In this document: positions 16,192-24,527 of the stretch, one piece after another
Layout of the letters: each line of letters begins with the position of its first letter
Position numbering within the stretch: position 1 is the stretch's first letter
Origin: Delftia acidovorans NBRC 14950
GTDB taxonomy: Bacteria; Pseudomonadota; Gammaproteobacteria; Burkholderiales; Burkholderiaceae_C
DNA: 32,000 bases
Reading direction: 5' to 3'
Assembly (NCBI RefSeq): GCF_001598795.1
Contig: NZ_BCZP01000023.1
Coordinates: 30,001-62,000, forward strand
Notes under the pieces: generated by a model
Seen by the model: the letters and a program-made list of their open reading frames with translations, nothing else
What the model was told of the DNA's origin: nothing
Database searches by the model: none
Made by a program: the position numbers and the translations under genes

Positions 16192-16223
16192 AAAAAAACC
16201 AGGCGGACAAAGCGCCTGGTTTT
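16192..16223 (-). terminator. Rho-independent terminator after the BON-lipoprotein gene
   Basis: The minus strand reads AAAACCAGGCG-ctttgtc-CGCCTGGTTTTTTTA: an 8-bp GC-rich stem extended by A:U pairs, followed by a 7-U tract. Confidence 0.75.
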
Positions 16224-16252
16224 CATTGGGGGAGCAAAGCCGGTGGCTGCGA

Positions 16253-16723
16253 TCAGCTGGCCTTGATCTCCAGCATGTTGCTGACGTTGTTCACGCCCTT
16301 GACGGCCTTGGCAATGTCGCCGGCGCGCATCTTGAGCGCATCGCTGGGCACCGAGCCGGTCAGCGTGACGGCGCCGGCCTTGGTGTCCACGTCGATCTTG
16401 AGAGCGGAGATATCGGGTTCCTTGATCAGGTCGGCCTTGATCTGGGCGGTGATGCCTGCATCGTCGAGCGCGGCGCCTGCCTGGCTCATGGCGTTGGTGG
16501 TGGCCGTTTCGGCCTTCATCGCGCCTTCCTCGATCTTGGTGCCGGCGCTGCTCATGGCGTTGTCGATCTTCTGGCCTGCGCTTTGCGCGGCCTGCTGGGA
16601 CTGCTGGACGGCGGAGTCGAGCTTCTGACCGGCAGTGTCTTCGGTCTTGCCGCATGCGGCGAGGCCGAAGGCCAGGGCGGACACGGCGAGGATGTGGCAG
16701 CAGCGTTGGGTGATGAAAGTCAT
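16253..16723 (-). CDS. BON domain-containing lipoprotein (OsmY-like)
   Basis: Lipoprotein signal ILAVSALAFGLAAC. A Gln/Ala/Ser-rich region contains repeated AGQK-D-A-like units. The C-terminal BON domain reads ITAQIKADLIKEPDISALKIDVDTKAGAVTLTGSV...IAKAVKGVNNVSNMLEI. Confidence 0.85.
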   Translation of the reverse strand: MTFITQRCCHILAVSALAFGLAACGKTEDTAGQKLDSAVQQSQQAAQSAGQKIDNAMSSAGTKIEEGAMKAETATTNAMSQAGAALDDAGITAQIKADLIKEPDISALKIDVDTKAGAVTLTGSVPSDALKMRAGDIAKAVKGVNNVSNMLEIKAS

Positions 16724-16858
16724 GCGGTTACTCCTTGAATAGTTGTGAGGCGGTCAACACAGGCCTCGACTTTATTTATGGCCCAGGGACAAACCCATAC
16801 GACGCCGACGCAAGCGCCTGTAGGACAAGCCCGAACATCCCGGCACCATCCAGTTAGC

Positions 16859-18619
16859 ATGACAATAGCGGCCATGCATTCCCTGGCGCGCTGGTTTCCC
16901 TTCCTGGCATGGCCCAAACCCTCGGCAGCCGTGCTGCGCGGGGAGTTCTGGGCAGGTCTCACCGTTGGTCTGATGCTTCTGCCCCAGGGCGTGGCCTATG
17001 CAGCGCTTGCCGGCATGCCGCTGATCACCGGCATTTACGCCTCCATCGTCCCTGCCCTGGTGGCCGTGATGTTCAGCGGCTCGCCGCGCCTGGGCGTGGG
17101 ACCCACGGCCTTGAGTGCTCTGTTGATCGGCGCCTCCCTCACGGGCCTGGCCGAACCCGGCTCCGCGCACTGGGTGGCCCTGGCCGCCTGGATGGCGATT
17201 TTGTCGGGCCTGGTGCAGTGGTCGCTGGGCCTGATGCGCGCCGGCTGGCTGCTCAACCTGGTGACCTCGCCCGTGCTCACGGGTTTCACCCAGGCCGCAG
17301 CGCTGCTGATCCTGGCCTCGCAGTTGCCCACCTTGCTGGGACTGCGTTCGACCTGGAGCGCGGTCTGGAACACGCCTTCGCTGCAGCTTTTCGACTGGCA
17401 GTCCATCCTCTACGGCATTGCCAGCATTGCGCTGCTGGTGCTGGCCAAGCGCTGGCGCGCGGCCTTTCCCTCGGCCATCTTCATCATTGCGCTGACCGGC
17501 GTGATCAGCTGGGCCACGGACTTTGCCGATGACGGTGGCGCCGTGGTCGGCCACCTGCCGGCAGGCCTGCCCAGCTTCCAGTTGCCGGGATTGCTGAGCT
17601 GGGACGAATTCGGCGCCCTGGTGATGCCGGTGCTGGTGATCTCGCTGGTGAGCTTTCTGGAGACGGCCTCCAGCGCCCAGGTGGAGCACCAGCAGGCCGG
17701 CACGCGCTGGAACGAGAACCAGGATCTGGTCGCCCAGGGGCTGTCCAAGATCAGTGCGGGCCTGTTCGGCAGCTTTGCCACCAGCGCCTCGTTCTCGCGC
17801 TCGGCCGTGAACCTGCTGGCCGGCGCCAAGACGGGCTGGTCCAACGTGTTCTCCATCCTGCTGGTGGTCATCGTGGTGCTGTGGTTCATCCCGGCGCTGT
17901 ACCACGTGCCCAAGGCGGCGCTGGCGGCCATCGTGATCACGGCCGTGGTCAACCTGGTCAAGCCGCGCGTGCTGCTGCAGTTGTTCAAGGTGTCGCGCGT
18001 GGAGGGCAGCATTGCGCTGGCCACGCTGCTGCTGACCATCGTCACGGCGCCGCGCATGTACTGGGGCGTGTTCGCGGGCATTGTGCTGAGCCTGGGCTAC
18101 TTCCTCTACCAGCGCCTGCATCCGCGCATCATCGAAGTGGGCCAGCATCCCGACGGCAGCCTGCGCGACCGCAACCTCTGGCAACTGCCGCCGCTGGCGC
18201 CGGGCCTGCTGGCCCTGCGCATGGATGCCGAGCTGGACTTCGGCTCGGCCTCTGCCCTGGAGCGTCGTATCGGTGACGAATGGGCGCTGCGCCCGGAGAC
18301 ACACCATCTGTGCCTGCTGGCCCAGCCCATCAACCGCATCGACGTGACGGGCGTGGAGACCTTCGTGCGCCTGCAACTGCTGGCGGCCAAGCGCAGCGGC
18401 GTGCTGCATGTGGTGGGCCTGAAGCTGCCGGCCGAACAGGTGCTGCTGCGGGCGGGCGCCCTGCACCGCGGAACGCACCTGCGGCTGTACCGCACCGATG
18501 CGGAATTCCTCGCCTCCCTTGCCCTGCCGCCGTTCGTGCCTCCACCAGGATCAACATCTGTTACCACCGATGGTGCAAAAGTCGATGCCGGCGCGGCGAC
18601 AATCGAGCCTACACACTGA
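16859..18619 (+). CDS. SulP family anion permease with C-terminal STAS domain
   Basis: The N-terminus FPFLAWPKPSAAVLRGEFWAGLTVGLMLLPQGVAYAALAGMP is typical of SulP. The core is polytopic. The STAS-like tail reads LLALRMDAELDFGSASALERRI...VLHVVGLKLPAEQVLLRAG. The start is ATG 16859 or 16874. The GTG at 16745 is unlikely. Confidence 0.9.
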   Translation: MTIAAMHSLARWFPFLAWPKPSAAVLRGEFWAGLTVGLMLLPQGVAYAALAGMPLITGIYASIVPALVAVMFSGSPRLGVGPTALSALLIGASLTGLAEPGSAHWVALAAWMAILSGLVQWSLGLMRAGWLLNLVTSPVLTGFTQAAALLILASQLPTLLGLRSTWSAVWNTPSLQLFDWQSILYGIASIALLVLAKRWRAAFPSAIFIIALTGVISWATDFADDGGAVVGHLPAGLPSFQLPGLLSWDEFGALVMPVLVISLVSFLETASSAQVEHQQAGTRWNENQDLVAQGLSKISAGLFGSFATSASFSRSAVNLLAGAKTGWSNVFSILLVVIVVLWFIPALYHVPKAALAAIVITAVVNLVKPRVLLQLFKVSRVEGSIALATLLLTIVTAPRMYWGVFAGIVLSLGYFLYQRLHPRIIEVGQHPDGSLRDRNLWQLPPLAPGLLALRMDAELDFGSASALERRIGDEWALRPETHHLCLLAQPINRIDVTGVETFVRLQLLAAKRSGVLHVVGLKLPAEQVLLRAGALHRGTHLRLYRTDAEFLASLALPPFVPPPGSTSVTTDGAKVDAGAATIEPTH

Positions 18620-18650
18620 TACACTTCACTGGCTTTTCATTCAGCCCTCC

Positions 18651-19433
18651 GTGACTGCCCCCGCATCCCACCAATCCGTATACCTGCGCGACCTGCGCCT
18701 GGCCACAGCCCACGCGCTGGTTACCCACGCTGGTGGGGCGGTCCATCTGCCCACGGATTCGCCGACGCGATATCTGCAGGCGCTGATCGATGAACTGTGC
18801 TCGCTGTCGCTGCGCGACCCGCTCACGGGGCTGGCCAACCGCCGCCATTTCCGCACCATTGCCGAGCGCGAGATCGACCGCGTGGCGCGGTCTGGCGAAG
18901 CGGCCCTGATGCTGATGCTGGACATCGACCATTTCAAGCAGATCAACGACCAGCACGGCCATATCGTGGGCGACCGGGTTCTGCAGTCGGTGGCCCGTAC
19001 CCTGACCAATTGCGTGCGCCCCATGGACACGCTGGCCCGCTACGGAGGAGAGGAATTCGCCATCGTGCTGCCCGCCTGCCCTGCGACCTTCGGTGTCTCC
19101 GTGGCCGAACGCATACGCAGCGCCATCGAGCGCATGCCGGTCGTCATCTCACCCACGCTGACACTGCAGATCACCATCAGCATCGGCGGCGCCTATGCGC
19201 TGCAGTGGATACGCAGCACCACAACCCTGTGGACCGAGCGTGCCGACAAACAGTTGTACCTGGCCAAATCCGCCGGCCGCAACCGCGTGCACATTGAAGA
19301 ACAACCTGACAGTACGGTAAGCGCGGAGGAAAAAAGCCTGCTTTTCGGACCTTTGTATGCCCCGTCCCCGTTTGACAATGGGCTGAATCCAGATATTGCA
19401 ACCGATGTGGACCCCGAAGATGGACTCCGCTGA
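18651..19433 (+). CDS. Diguanylate cyclase (GGDEF domain) with an intact active site and I-site and no recognisable sensor domain
   Basis: DPLTGLANRRHF, LMLDIDHFKQINDQHGHIVGDRVL and RPMD-TLARY-GGEEF are present (RxxD sits 5 residues before GGEEF). The start is uncertain. GTG 18651 is the first start codon after the SulP stop. ATG 18585 would overlap SulP across a low-GC3 stretch. Confidence 0.85.
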   Translation: MTAPASHQSVYLRDLRLATAHALVTHAGGAVHLPTDSPTRYLQALIDELCSLSLRDPLTGLANRRHFRTIAEREIDRVARSGEAALMLMLDIDHFKQINDQHGHIVGDRVLQSVARTLTNCVRPMDTLARYGGEEFAIVLPACPATFGVSVAERIRSAIERMPVVISPTLTLQITISIGGAYALQWIRSTTTLWTERADKQLYLAKSAGRNRVHIEEQPDSTVSAEEKSLLFGPLYAPSPFDNGLNPDIATDVDPEDGLR

Positions 19434-20289
19434 TAGCCAGGTGGTAAGCGACAACGCCATTCCCCACCCCTCCCTGCCCGCTGCCGTTCCGATGAGCGAT
19501 GCCGTGCGCGCCAAGCCGCGCGGACACATCATCGCCGTGACCAGCGGCAAGGGCGGCGTGGGCAAGACCTTCGTTTCGGCCAATCTGGCCGCAGCGCTGA
19601 CACGCCATGGCCTCAAGGTCCTGGTGCTTGACGCCGACCTGGGTCTGGCCAACCTGGATGTGGTGCTCAACCTCTACCCCAAGGTCACGCTGCACGATGT
19701 ATTCACCGGCCGTTCCTCGCTGGAGGAAGCCATCCTGCCCGCGCCTGGCGGCTACTCGGTGCTGCTGGCCGGCTCCGGGATGATCGAGTACTCGCGGCTC
19801 ACGCCCGAGATCCGCCAGCAGTTCACGCACACCATCGAGACACTGGCCCCGCGCTACGACATCGTGCTGCTGGACACCGGCGCAGGCATCTCGGACGTGG
19901 TGCTGTTCTCCGTGTCCATGGCCACCGAGGTGCTGGTCATCGCCACGCCCGAGCCCACCTCGCTGACCGATGCCTATGCGGCCATCAAGGTGCTGGCCAT
20001 CCAGCAAAAGCGCCAGCAGATCCGCCTGGCCATCAACCAGGCGGCACGCCCCGGAGATGGCCGCGCCATCACGGGTCAGCTGCAGCAGGTGCTCAACCGC
20101 TTTGTCAACACGGCCTCCGGCGAGCCATTGCGGCTCACGCACCTGGGCGATATTCCGTCCGACCCGGCCGTGCGCGAGGCGGTGATGCGCCGCCAGTTGC
20201 TGCTGCAGTCCATGCCCGGCGCACCGGCTTCGCTGGCAGTGGCCCAGCTGGCCAATAAAATCAAGGCCCTGCTGGTGTCGGGCGGCTGA
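19420..20289 (+). CDS. MinD/ParA-superfamily P-loop ATPase of the FleN/FlhG (YlxH) type
   Basis: Deviant Walker A VTSGKGGVGKTFVSANLA, LVLDADLGLANLDVVLNL, Walker B IVLLDTGAGI and EPTSLTDAYAAIKVL are present, and the protein is collinear with P. aeruginosa FleN as I recall it. The start is ambiguous: 19420 overlaps the cyclase 3' end by 14 nt; 19396 and 19492 are alternatives. Confidence 0.85.
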   Translation: MDSADSQVVSDNAIPHPSLPAAVPMSDAVRAKPRGHIIAVTSGKGGVGKTFVSANLAAALTRHGLKVLVLDADLGLANLDVVLNLYPKVTLHDVFTGRSSLEEAILPAPGGYSVLLAGSGMIEYSRLTPEIRQQFTHTIETLAPRYDIVLLDTGAGISDVVLFSVSMATEVLVIATPEPTSLTDAYAAIKVLAIQQKRQQIRLAINQAARPGDGRAITGQLQQVLNRFVNTASGEPLRLTHLGDIPSDPAVREAVMRRQLLLQSMPGAPASLAVAQLANKIKALLVSGG

Positions 20290-20354
20290 TCGGGTCGCCT
20301 CTCGCCGGCGCCCCGATCCAACCCGCGGCCTGTGCCGCACCCGCCTGCCTGCCC

Positions 20355-21128
20355 GTGTCCGACATCCTCAATATTTCCTGCTACAAATTCACGCCGCTGC
20401 CCGATGCAGCGGCGCTGCGCGACACCCTGGCCGAACGCGCCCAGGCCCTGGCGCTCAAGGGCACCATCCTCCTGGCCGAGGAAGGCATCAACTTCTTCCT
20501 GGCCGGCCCCGCCCAGGCGGTGCACAGCTTCGTTGACCAGTTGCGCGCCGATGAGCGCTTTGCCGACCTGGCCCCCAAGGAAAGCTGGTCCGACACCGTG
20601 CCGTTTCGCAAGATGCTGGTCAAGGTCAAGCGCGAGATCATCCGCATGGACCACCCCACCATCCGCCCGGCAGAGGGCCGTGCGCCATCGGTCAGCCCCG
20701 CCACGCTGCGCCGCTGGCTGGAACAGGGCCACGATGACGAGGGCCGCGAGGTGGTGACGCTGGACACGCGCAACGACTTCGAGGTCGATGCCGGCGCCTT
20801 CAAGGACACCATCGACTGGCGCATCACCAAGTTCACCGAGTTCCCGCCCGCGCTGCGCGCCCACAAGGCCGATCTGGCCGACAAGACCGTGGTCAGCTAC
20901 TGCACGGGCGGCATACGCTGCGAGAAGGCCGCCATCCTGATGCGGGACGAGGGCCTGGAGCATGTCTACCAGCTGGAAGGCGGCATCCTCAAGTACTTCG
21001 AGGAAACCGACGGCGCCTTCTATGACGGCGGCTGCTTCGTCTTTGACGAGCGCCGGGCCGTGGACGCGGACCTGTCGGCCGCACCCCAGCTGGAGCATCC
21101 GCAGGCCCAGGAGACTCCGTCTCCATAG
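20355..21128 (+). CDS. trhO: Rhodanese-domain tRNA uridine(34) hydroxylase TrhO (YceA/UPF0176 family)
   Basis: ILNISCYKFTPL, ILLAEEGINFFLAG and the active-site loop VVSYCTGGIRCEKA are present. GTG start. Confidence 0.85.
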   Translation: MSDILNISCYKFTPLPDAAALRDTLAERAQALALKGTILLAEEGINFFLAGPAQAVHSFVDQLRADERFADLAPKESWSDTVPFRKMLVKVKREIIRMDHPTIRPAEGRAPSVSPATLRRWLEQGHDDEGREVVTLDTRNDFEVDAGAFKDTIDWRITKFTEFPPALRAHKADLADKTVVSYCTGGIRCEKAAILMRDEGLEHVYQLEGGILKYFEETDGAFYDGGCFVFDERRAVDADLSAAPQLEHPQAQETPSP

Positions 21129-21166
21129 ACTGCTCCCCCAGCCCTGACTTGAAGCCCCTGGGCATG

Positions 21167-21188
21167 CACGCCACGCTTGCGGCGTGCG
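21167..21188. terminator. Hairpin between the convergent trhO and iclR-family genes
   Basis: GCACGCC-acgcttgc-GGCGTGC: a 7-bp stem with no clear U-tract. Confidence 0.3.
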
Positions 21189-21228
21189 ACAACAATGCGG
21201 CCGTACCGGCTGCAGCATCGGCCGCTGT

Positions 21229-22059
21229 TCAACCCAGGGCACGCACCGAGTTGCTGAGCGAGCGGGCGCAGGCCAGCAGCCCTGGGCCCAGGCGGGCTTG
21301 CGCTTCCTCCACCGTCCATCGGCTGGTCGGCGCGACGATGTGCACGGCAGCCACGGGGCGGCCATGGCTGCCGATGACGGGCGCGCCCAGCGTCATGTCG
21401 CCCAGAAAGAGTTCCTCCCGGTTGACGGCATAGCCGCGCCGACGCGCCTGGGCCAGTTCATCGAGGATGGCGGCCTCGTCCGTGATGGTGAAACGTGTGT
21501 GCGCGGTCCGCTCGCTCTGGCGCAGCAGGGCCAGGGCTTCTTCATCGGGCAGTGCGCTCAGCCAGGCACGCCCCGAGGCAGTGCAGTACATGGGGATGCG
21601 GCTTCCAATGGGCATGTGCACCGGCACAAACTGGGCGCTGATGAAGCGTGCCACGTAGACCATCTCCAGCCCGTCGGGCTCGGTCAGACAGGTGGTCTCG
21701 GTCGTGATTTTGGTCAGCTCCGAAAGATACGGATTGGCCAGGTCGATCACCGGATTGGCCGCCAGGTAGTTGTAGCCCACGCGCATGACGCGCGGCGCGA
21801 GCTGGTAGCGCCGGGTTTGCGGATGCTTGCGGACATAGCCCAACTGCTCCAGCGTGAACACCATGCGTTGCGCCGAGCTTTTGTTGATGCCCGCAGCGGC
21901 GGCCACATCGGCCAGCGTCATGCTCCGGTGCTGAGCGCTGAAAGCGCAGAGCACGGCCAGGCCTTTCTCCAGCGACTGGTTGAACAGGGGGTTGGTGTCG
22001 TCATCCATCGGTGACGAAGCGGGTTGAGGCGTTGCTTGCATGGCGGCAAGTATAGGCAT
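21229..22059 (-). CDS. IclR family transcriptional regulator
   Basis: 276 aa. The N-terminal wHTH reads SLEKGLAVLCAFSAQHRSMTLADVAAAAGINKSSAQRMVFTLEQLGYV. The C-terminal IclR effector domain includes YAVNREELFLGDMTLGAPV. An alternative start lies at 22041. Confidence 0.9.
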   Translation of the reverse strand: MPILAAMQATPQPASSPMDDDTNPLFNQSLEKGLAVLCAFSAQHRSMTLADVAAAAGINKSSAQRMVFTLEQLGYVRKHPQTRRYQLAPRVMRVGYNYLAANPVIDLANPYLSELTKITTETTCLTEPDGLEMVYVARFISAQFVPVHMPIGSRIPMYCTASGRAWLSALPDEEALALLRQSERTAHTRFTITDEAAILDELAQARRRGYAVNREELFLGDMTLGAPVIGSHGRPVAAVHIVAPTSRWTVEEAQARLGPGLLACARSLSNSVRALG

Positions 22060-22066
22060 TCACCTC

Positions 22067-22092
22067 CAAAGAATCGCATATCGATTTCTTTG
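22067..22092. promoter_or_regulatory. Near-perfect palindrome in the AT-rich divergent iclR/ABC intergenic region (candidate IclR operator)
   Basis: CAAAGAATCG-catat-CGATTTCTTTG: 10-bp arms with a single-nt bulge. It starts 8 nt upstream of the iclR ATG and overlaps its GGAGG SD region. Confidence 0.35.
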
Positions 22093-22245
22093 AATTGCTT
22101 AGTGGTTTTCTCTTATTTCTTAAAGATTCATCCACATTGATCATTGGCGCGGTTCCGAGAATTCTCCGCTGCAGGCGAGGGGCTGCCCCCAAAGGTGACC
22201 TGTCCCTGCTGTTTCCTTCCGCCGTTCACGCCAAGGAGTCAGGCA

Positions 22246-23019
22246 ATGCCAGGTTTTGTCCACCGCGTCCTCCAACTCGCCCTGGGCATGTGTGCCGCCG
22301 GCGCCGTCGCGCTGGCTGCAGCGCAAGGCGGCAGCGCCCCGGCCAGCTACAACGTGGGCGCCACGCCCACAGGCATTCCGTTCACCTTTCTGGATGTCAA
22401 GAGCAACAGCATCCAGGGCATGATGATCGACACCATGCAGGCCGTGGCCAAGGCCGGAGGCTTCCAGGCCCATGTGCAGCAGACCAGCTTTGCGGCGCTG
22501 ATCCCCTCGCTCACATCCAGCAAGATCGACATCATCTCGGCCGCCATGCTCAAGACCGCCGCACGCCAGCAGGTGGTGGATTTCAGCGATGCGGTCTACT
22601 CCTACGGCGAGGGCCTGATCGTCAAGGCTGACGATGCCAAGGCCTATGTATCACTGGACGATCTCAAGGGCGAGGTCGTCGGTGCCCAGGTGGGCACGGT
22701 GTTCTACGACCTGCTGCAGAAAAAGGGCATCTTCAGGGAAGTGCGCAGTTACGACTCGGTAGCCGACATGACGCGCGATCTGGCGCTTGGCCGCATCAAG
22801 GCAGGGCTGGGTGACCAGCCCATCATTGCCTACCAGATCCGCCAGCACAGCTTCCAGGGCGTGAAGCTGGCCGAAAGCCACAAGCCCTCCAACGTGGGGG
22901 ATGTGTGCCTGGTGGTGCGCAAGGGTGACACCGAAACCCTGGCCCGCCTGAACAAGGCCATCGCCACCATCAAGGCAGACGGCACCCTGGCCCAGATCGT
23001 CAAGAAGTGGGGCATCTGA
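22246..23019 (+). CDS. Polar amino acid ABC transporter, periplasmic substrate-binding protein (SBP_bac_3)
   Basis: Signal peptide [28 protein letters not shown]. Family blocks: [46 protein letters not shown]. An AAGGAG SD lies upstream. This is the internal start of track ORF 22144..23019. Confidence 0.9.
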   Translation: MPGFVHRVLQLALGMCAAGAVALAAAQGGSAPASYNVGATPTGIPFTFLDVKSNSIQGMMIDTMQAVAKAGGFQAHVQQTSFAALIPSLTSSKIDIISAAMLKTAARQQVVDFSDAVYSYGEGLIVKADDAKAYVSLDDLKGEVVGAQVGTVFYDLLQKKGIFREVRSYDSVADMTRDLALGRIKAGLGDQPIIAYQIRQHSFQGVKLAESHKPSNVGDVCLVVRKGDTETLARLNKAIATIKADGTLAQIVKKWGI

Positions 23020-23109
23020 GGACATCGGACGCCCGCCGGGTCGCCTCGCGCCTCGCCTCCCCCCTTGCCGCGCAATGCACGGCAATGACACCTTCGAGGA
23101 AAGTACGCC

Positions 23110-23775
23110 ATGCAAGCATTTGTGCAGCACGCGCGAGAGTTCCTGCCCATCCTGCTGCAAGGAGCGGTGGTCACGGTGCAGGTCACCGCGCTGTCGTTCC
23201 TGTTGTCCAGCGCGATCGGACTTGTGCTGGCGCTGTGCAAGCTCTCACCCGTGCGCGCCGTCTCGTGGGCCGCTTCGACCGTGGTCAATGTGATACGGGG
23301 CCTGCCCATCATCGTGCAGCTGTTCTACATCTACTTCGTGCTGCCCGAGGTCGGTATCCAGCTCACCGCATTCCAGGCCGGCGTGATCGGCCTGGGCATT
23401 GCCTATTCGGCCTATCAGGCAGAGAACTTCCGCGCCGGCATCGAGGCGGTGGACCCAGGCCAGCGGGAAGCCGCATTGGCCATGGGCATGCGACCCGCCC
23501 TGCTCATGCGCCGCGTGGTGCTGCCGCAGGCATTCCGCATTGCGCTGCCGCCCTACGGCAACACCCTGGTGATGATGCTCAAGGACTCGTCCCTGGTCTC
23601 CACCATCACCGTGGCCGAGATGACGCGCCAGGGCCAGTTGATCGCAGCGTCCACCTTCCAGAACATGACGGTCTACACCCTCGTCGCCCTGCTCTACCTG
23701 GCCATGAGCCTGCCGCTGGTATGGGGGCTCAGGCGTCTGGAGAAGCGCTTTGGAGCGGGGAGGAAGTCACCATGA
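23110..23775 (+). CDS. Amino acid ABC transporter permease (His/Glu/Gln/Arg/opine family)
   Basis: 221 aa. The EAA-type loop reads [26 protein letters not shown], followed by [16 protein letters not shown]. Confidence 0.9.
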   Translation: MQAFVQHAREFLPILLQGAVVTVQVTALSFLLSSAIGLVLALCKLSPVRAVSWAASTVVNVIRGLPIIVQLFYIYFVLPEVGIQLTAFQAGVIGLGIAYSAYQAENFRAGIEAVDPGQREAALAMGMRPALLMRRVVLPQAFRIALPPYGNTLVMMLKDSSLVSTITVAEMTRQGQLIAASTFQNMTVYTLVALLYLAMSLPLVWGLRRLEKRFGAGRKSP

Positions 23776-24527
23776 TCGAGATTGACCACCTGGAAAAGGC
23801 CTACGGCGAGCATCGCGTGCTGCGGGGCGTCAACCTGCACGTGGCACGTGGAGAAGTGGTGTGCCTGATCGGCCCTTCGGGATCAGGCAAGTCCACTGTG
23901 CTGCGCTGCATCAACGGCCTGGAGTCGTACCAGGGCGGCGAGGTGCGCGCATTCGGGGAGTGCGTGGACACCCGCGCGCCCTCCATCCACGCGCTGCGCA
24001 GCCGCATGGGCATGGTGTTCCAGCGCTTCAACCTCTTCCCGCACCGCACCGTGGTGCAGAACGTGATGGAAGGCCCCATCCATGTGAAGGGCCAGGCTCC
24101 CGGCCAGGCCCATGCCGAGGCATTGGAGCTGCTGCGCAAGGTAGGCCTGGCAGACAAGGCACAGGCCTGGCCCGCACAGCTGTCGGGCGGACAGCAGCAG
24201 CGGGTGGCCATTGCCCGCGCCCTGGCCATGAAGCCCGAGGCCATGCTGTTCGACGAACCCACTTCGGCCCTGGACCCCGAACTGGTGGGCGACGTGCTGG
24301 GCGTGATGCGCCAGCTGGCCGAAGAAGGCATGACGATGATCGTGGTCACGCACGAGATGGCCTTTGCTCGCGAGGTGGCCGACCGCGTGTGCTTTCTGCA
24401 TGGCGGCACCATCGTGGAGGAAGGCCCTTCGGCCCAGGTGCTGGGCGCACCGCGCCATGCACGCACGCAGGACTTCCTGCGGCGCGTGCTGCAGCAGCAC
24501 TGTGCGCCATCAGGAGGTGCGGCATGA
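23772..24527 (+). CDS. Amino acid ABC transporter ATP-binding protein
   Basis: ATGA overlap with the permease stop. Walker [17 protein letters not shown]-loop [11 protein letters not shown], signature [16 protein letters not shown], Walker [13 protein letters not shown]-loop VVTHEM. Confidence 0.92.
   Translation: MIEIDHLEKAYGEHRVLRGVNLHVARGEVVCLIGPSGSGKSTVLRCINGLESYQGGEVRAFGECVDTRAPSIHALRSRMGMVFQRFNLFPHRTVVQNVMEGPIHVKGQAPGQAHAEALELLRKVGLADKAQAWPAQLSGGQQQRVAIARALAMKPEAMLFDEPTSALDPELVGDVLGVMRQLAEEGMTMIVVTHEMAFAREVADRVCFLHGGTIVEEGPSAQVLGAPRHARTQDFLRRVLQQHCAPSGGAA

Noticed and set aside
16253-16723. Repetitive AGQK(L/I)D(S/N)A...-like units in the BON lipoprotein, considered as a possible novel repeat protein
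   Set aside because: Short, degenerate Gln/Ala/Ser-rich linker repeats ahead of a BON domain are common in OsmY-like periplasmic and lipoproteins. The repeats are few and imperfect at the DNA level, so nothing goes beyond low-complexity linker sequence.
16772-21365. Three long minus-strand ORFs (16772..18478, 19177..20340, 20076..21365)
   Set aside because: They are antisense to the SulP, FleN-like ATPase and trhO genes respectively. Their translations are Arg/Gly/His/Gln-rich and lack any domain signature, whereas the plus-strand genes have unambiguous family motifs.
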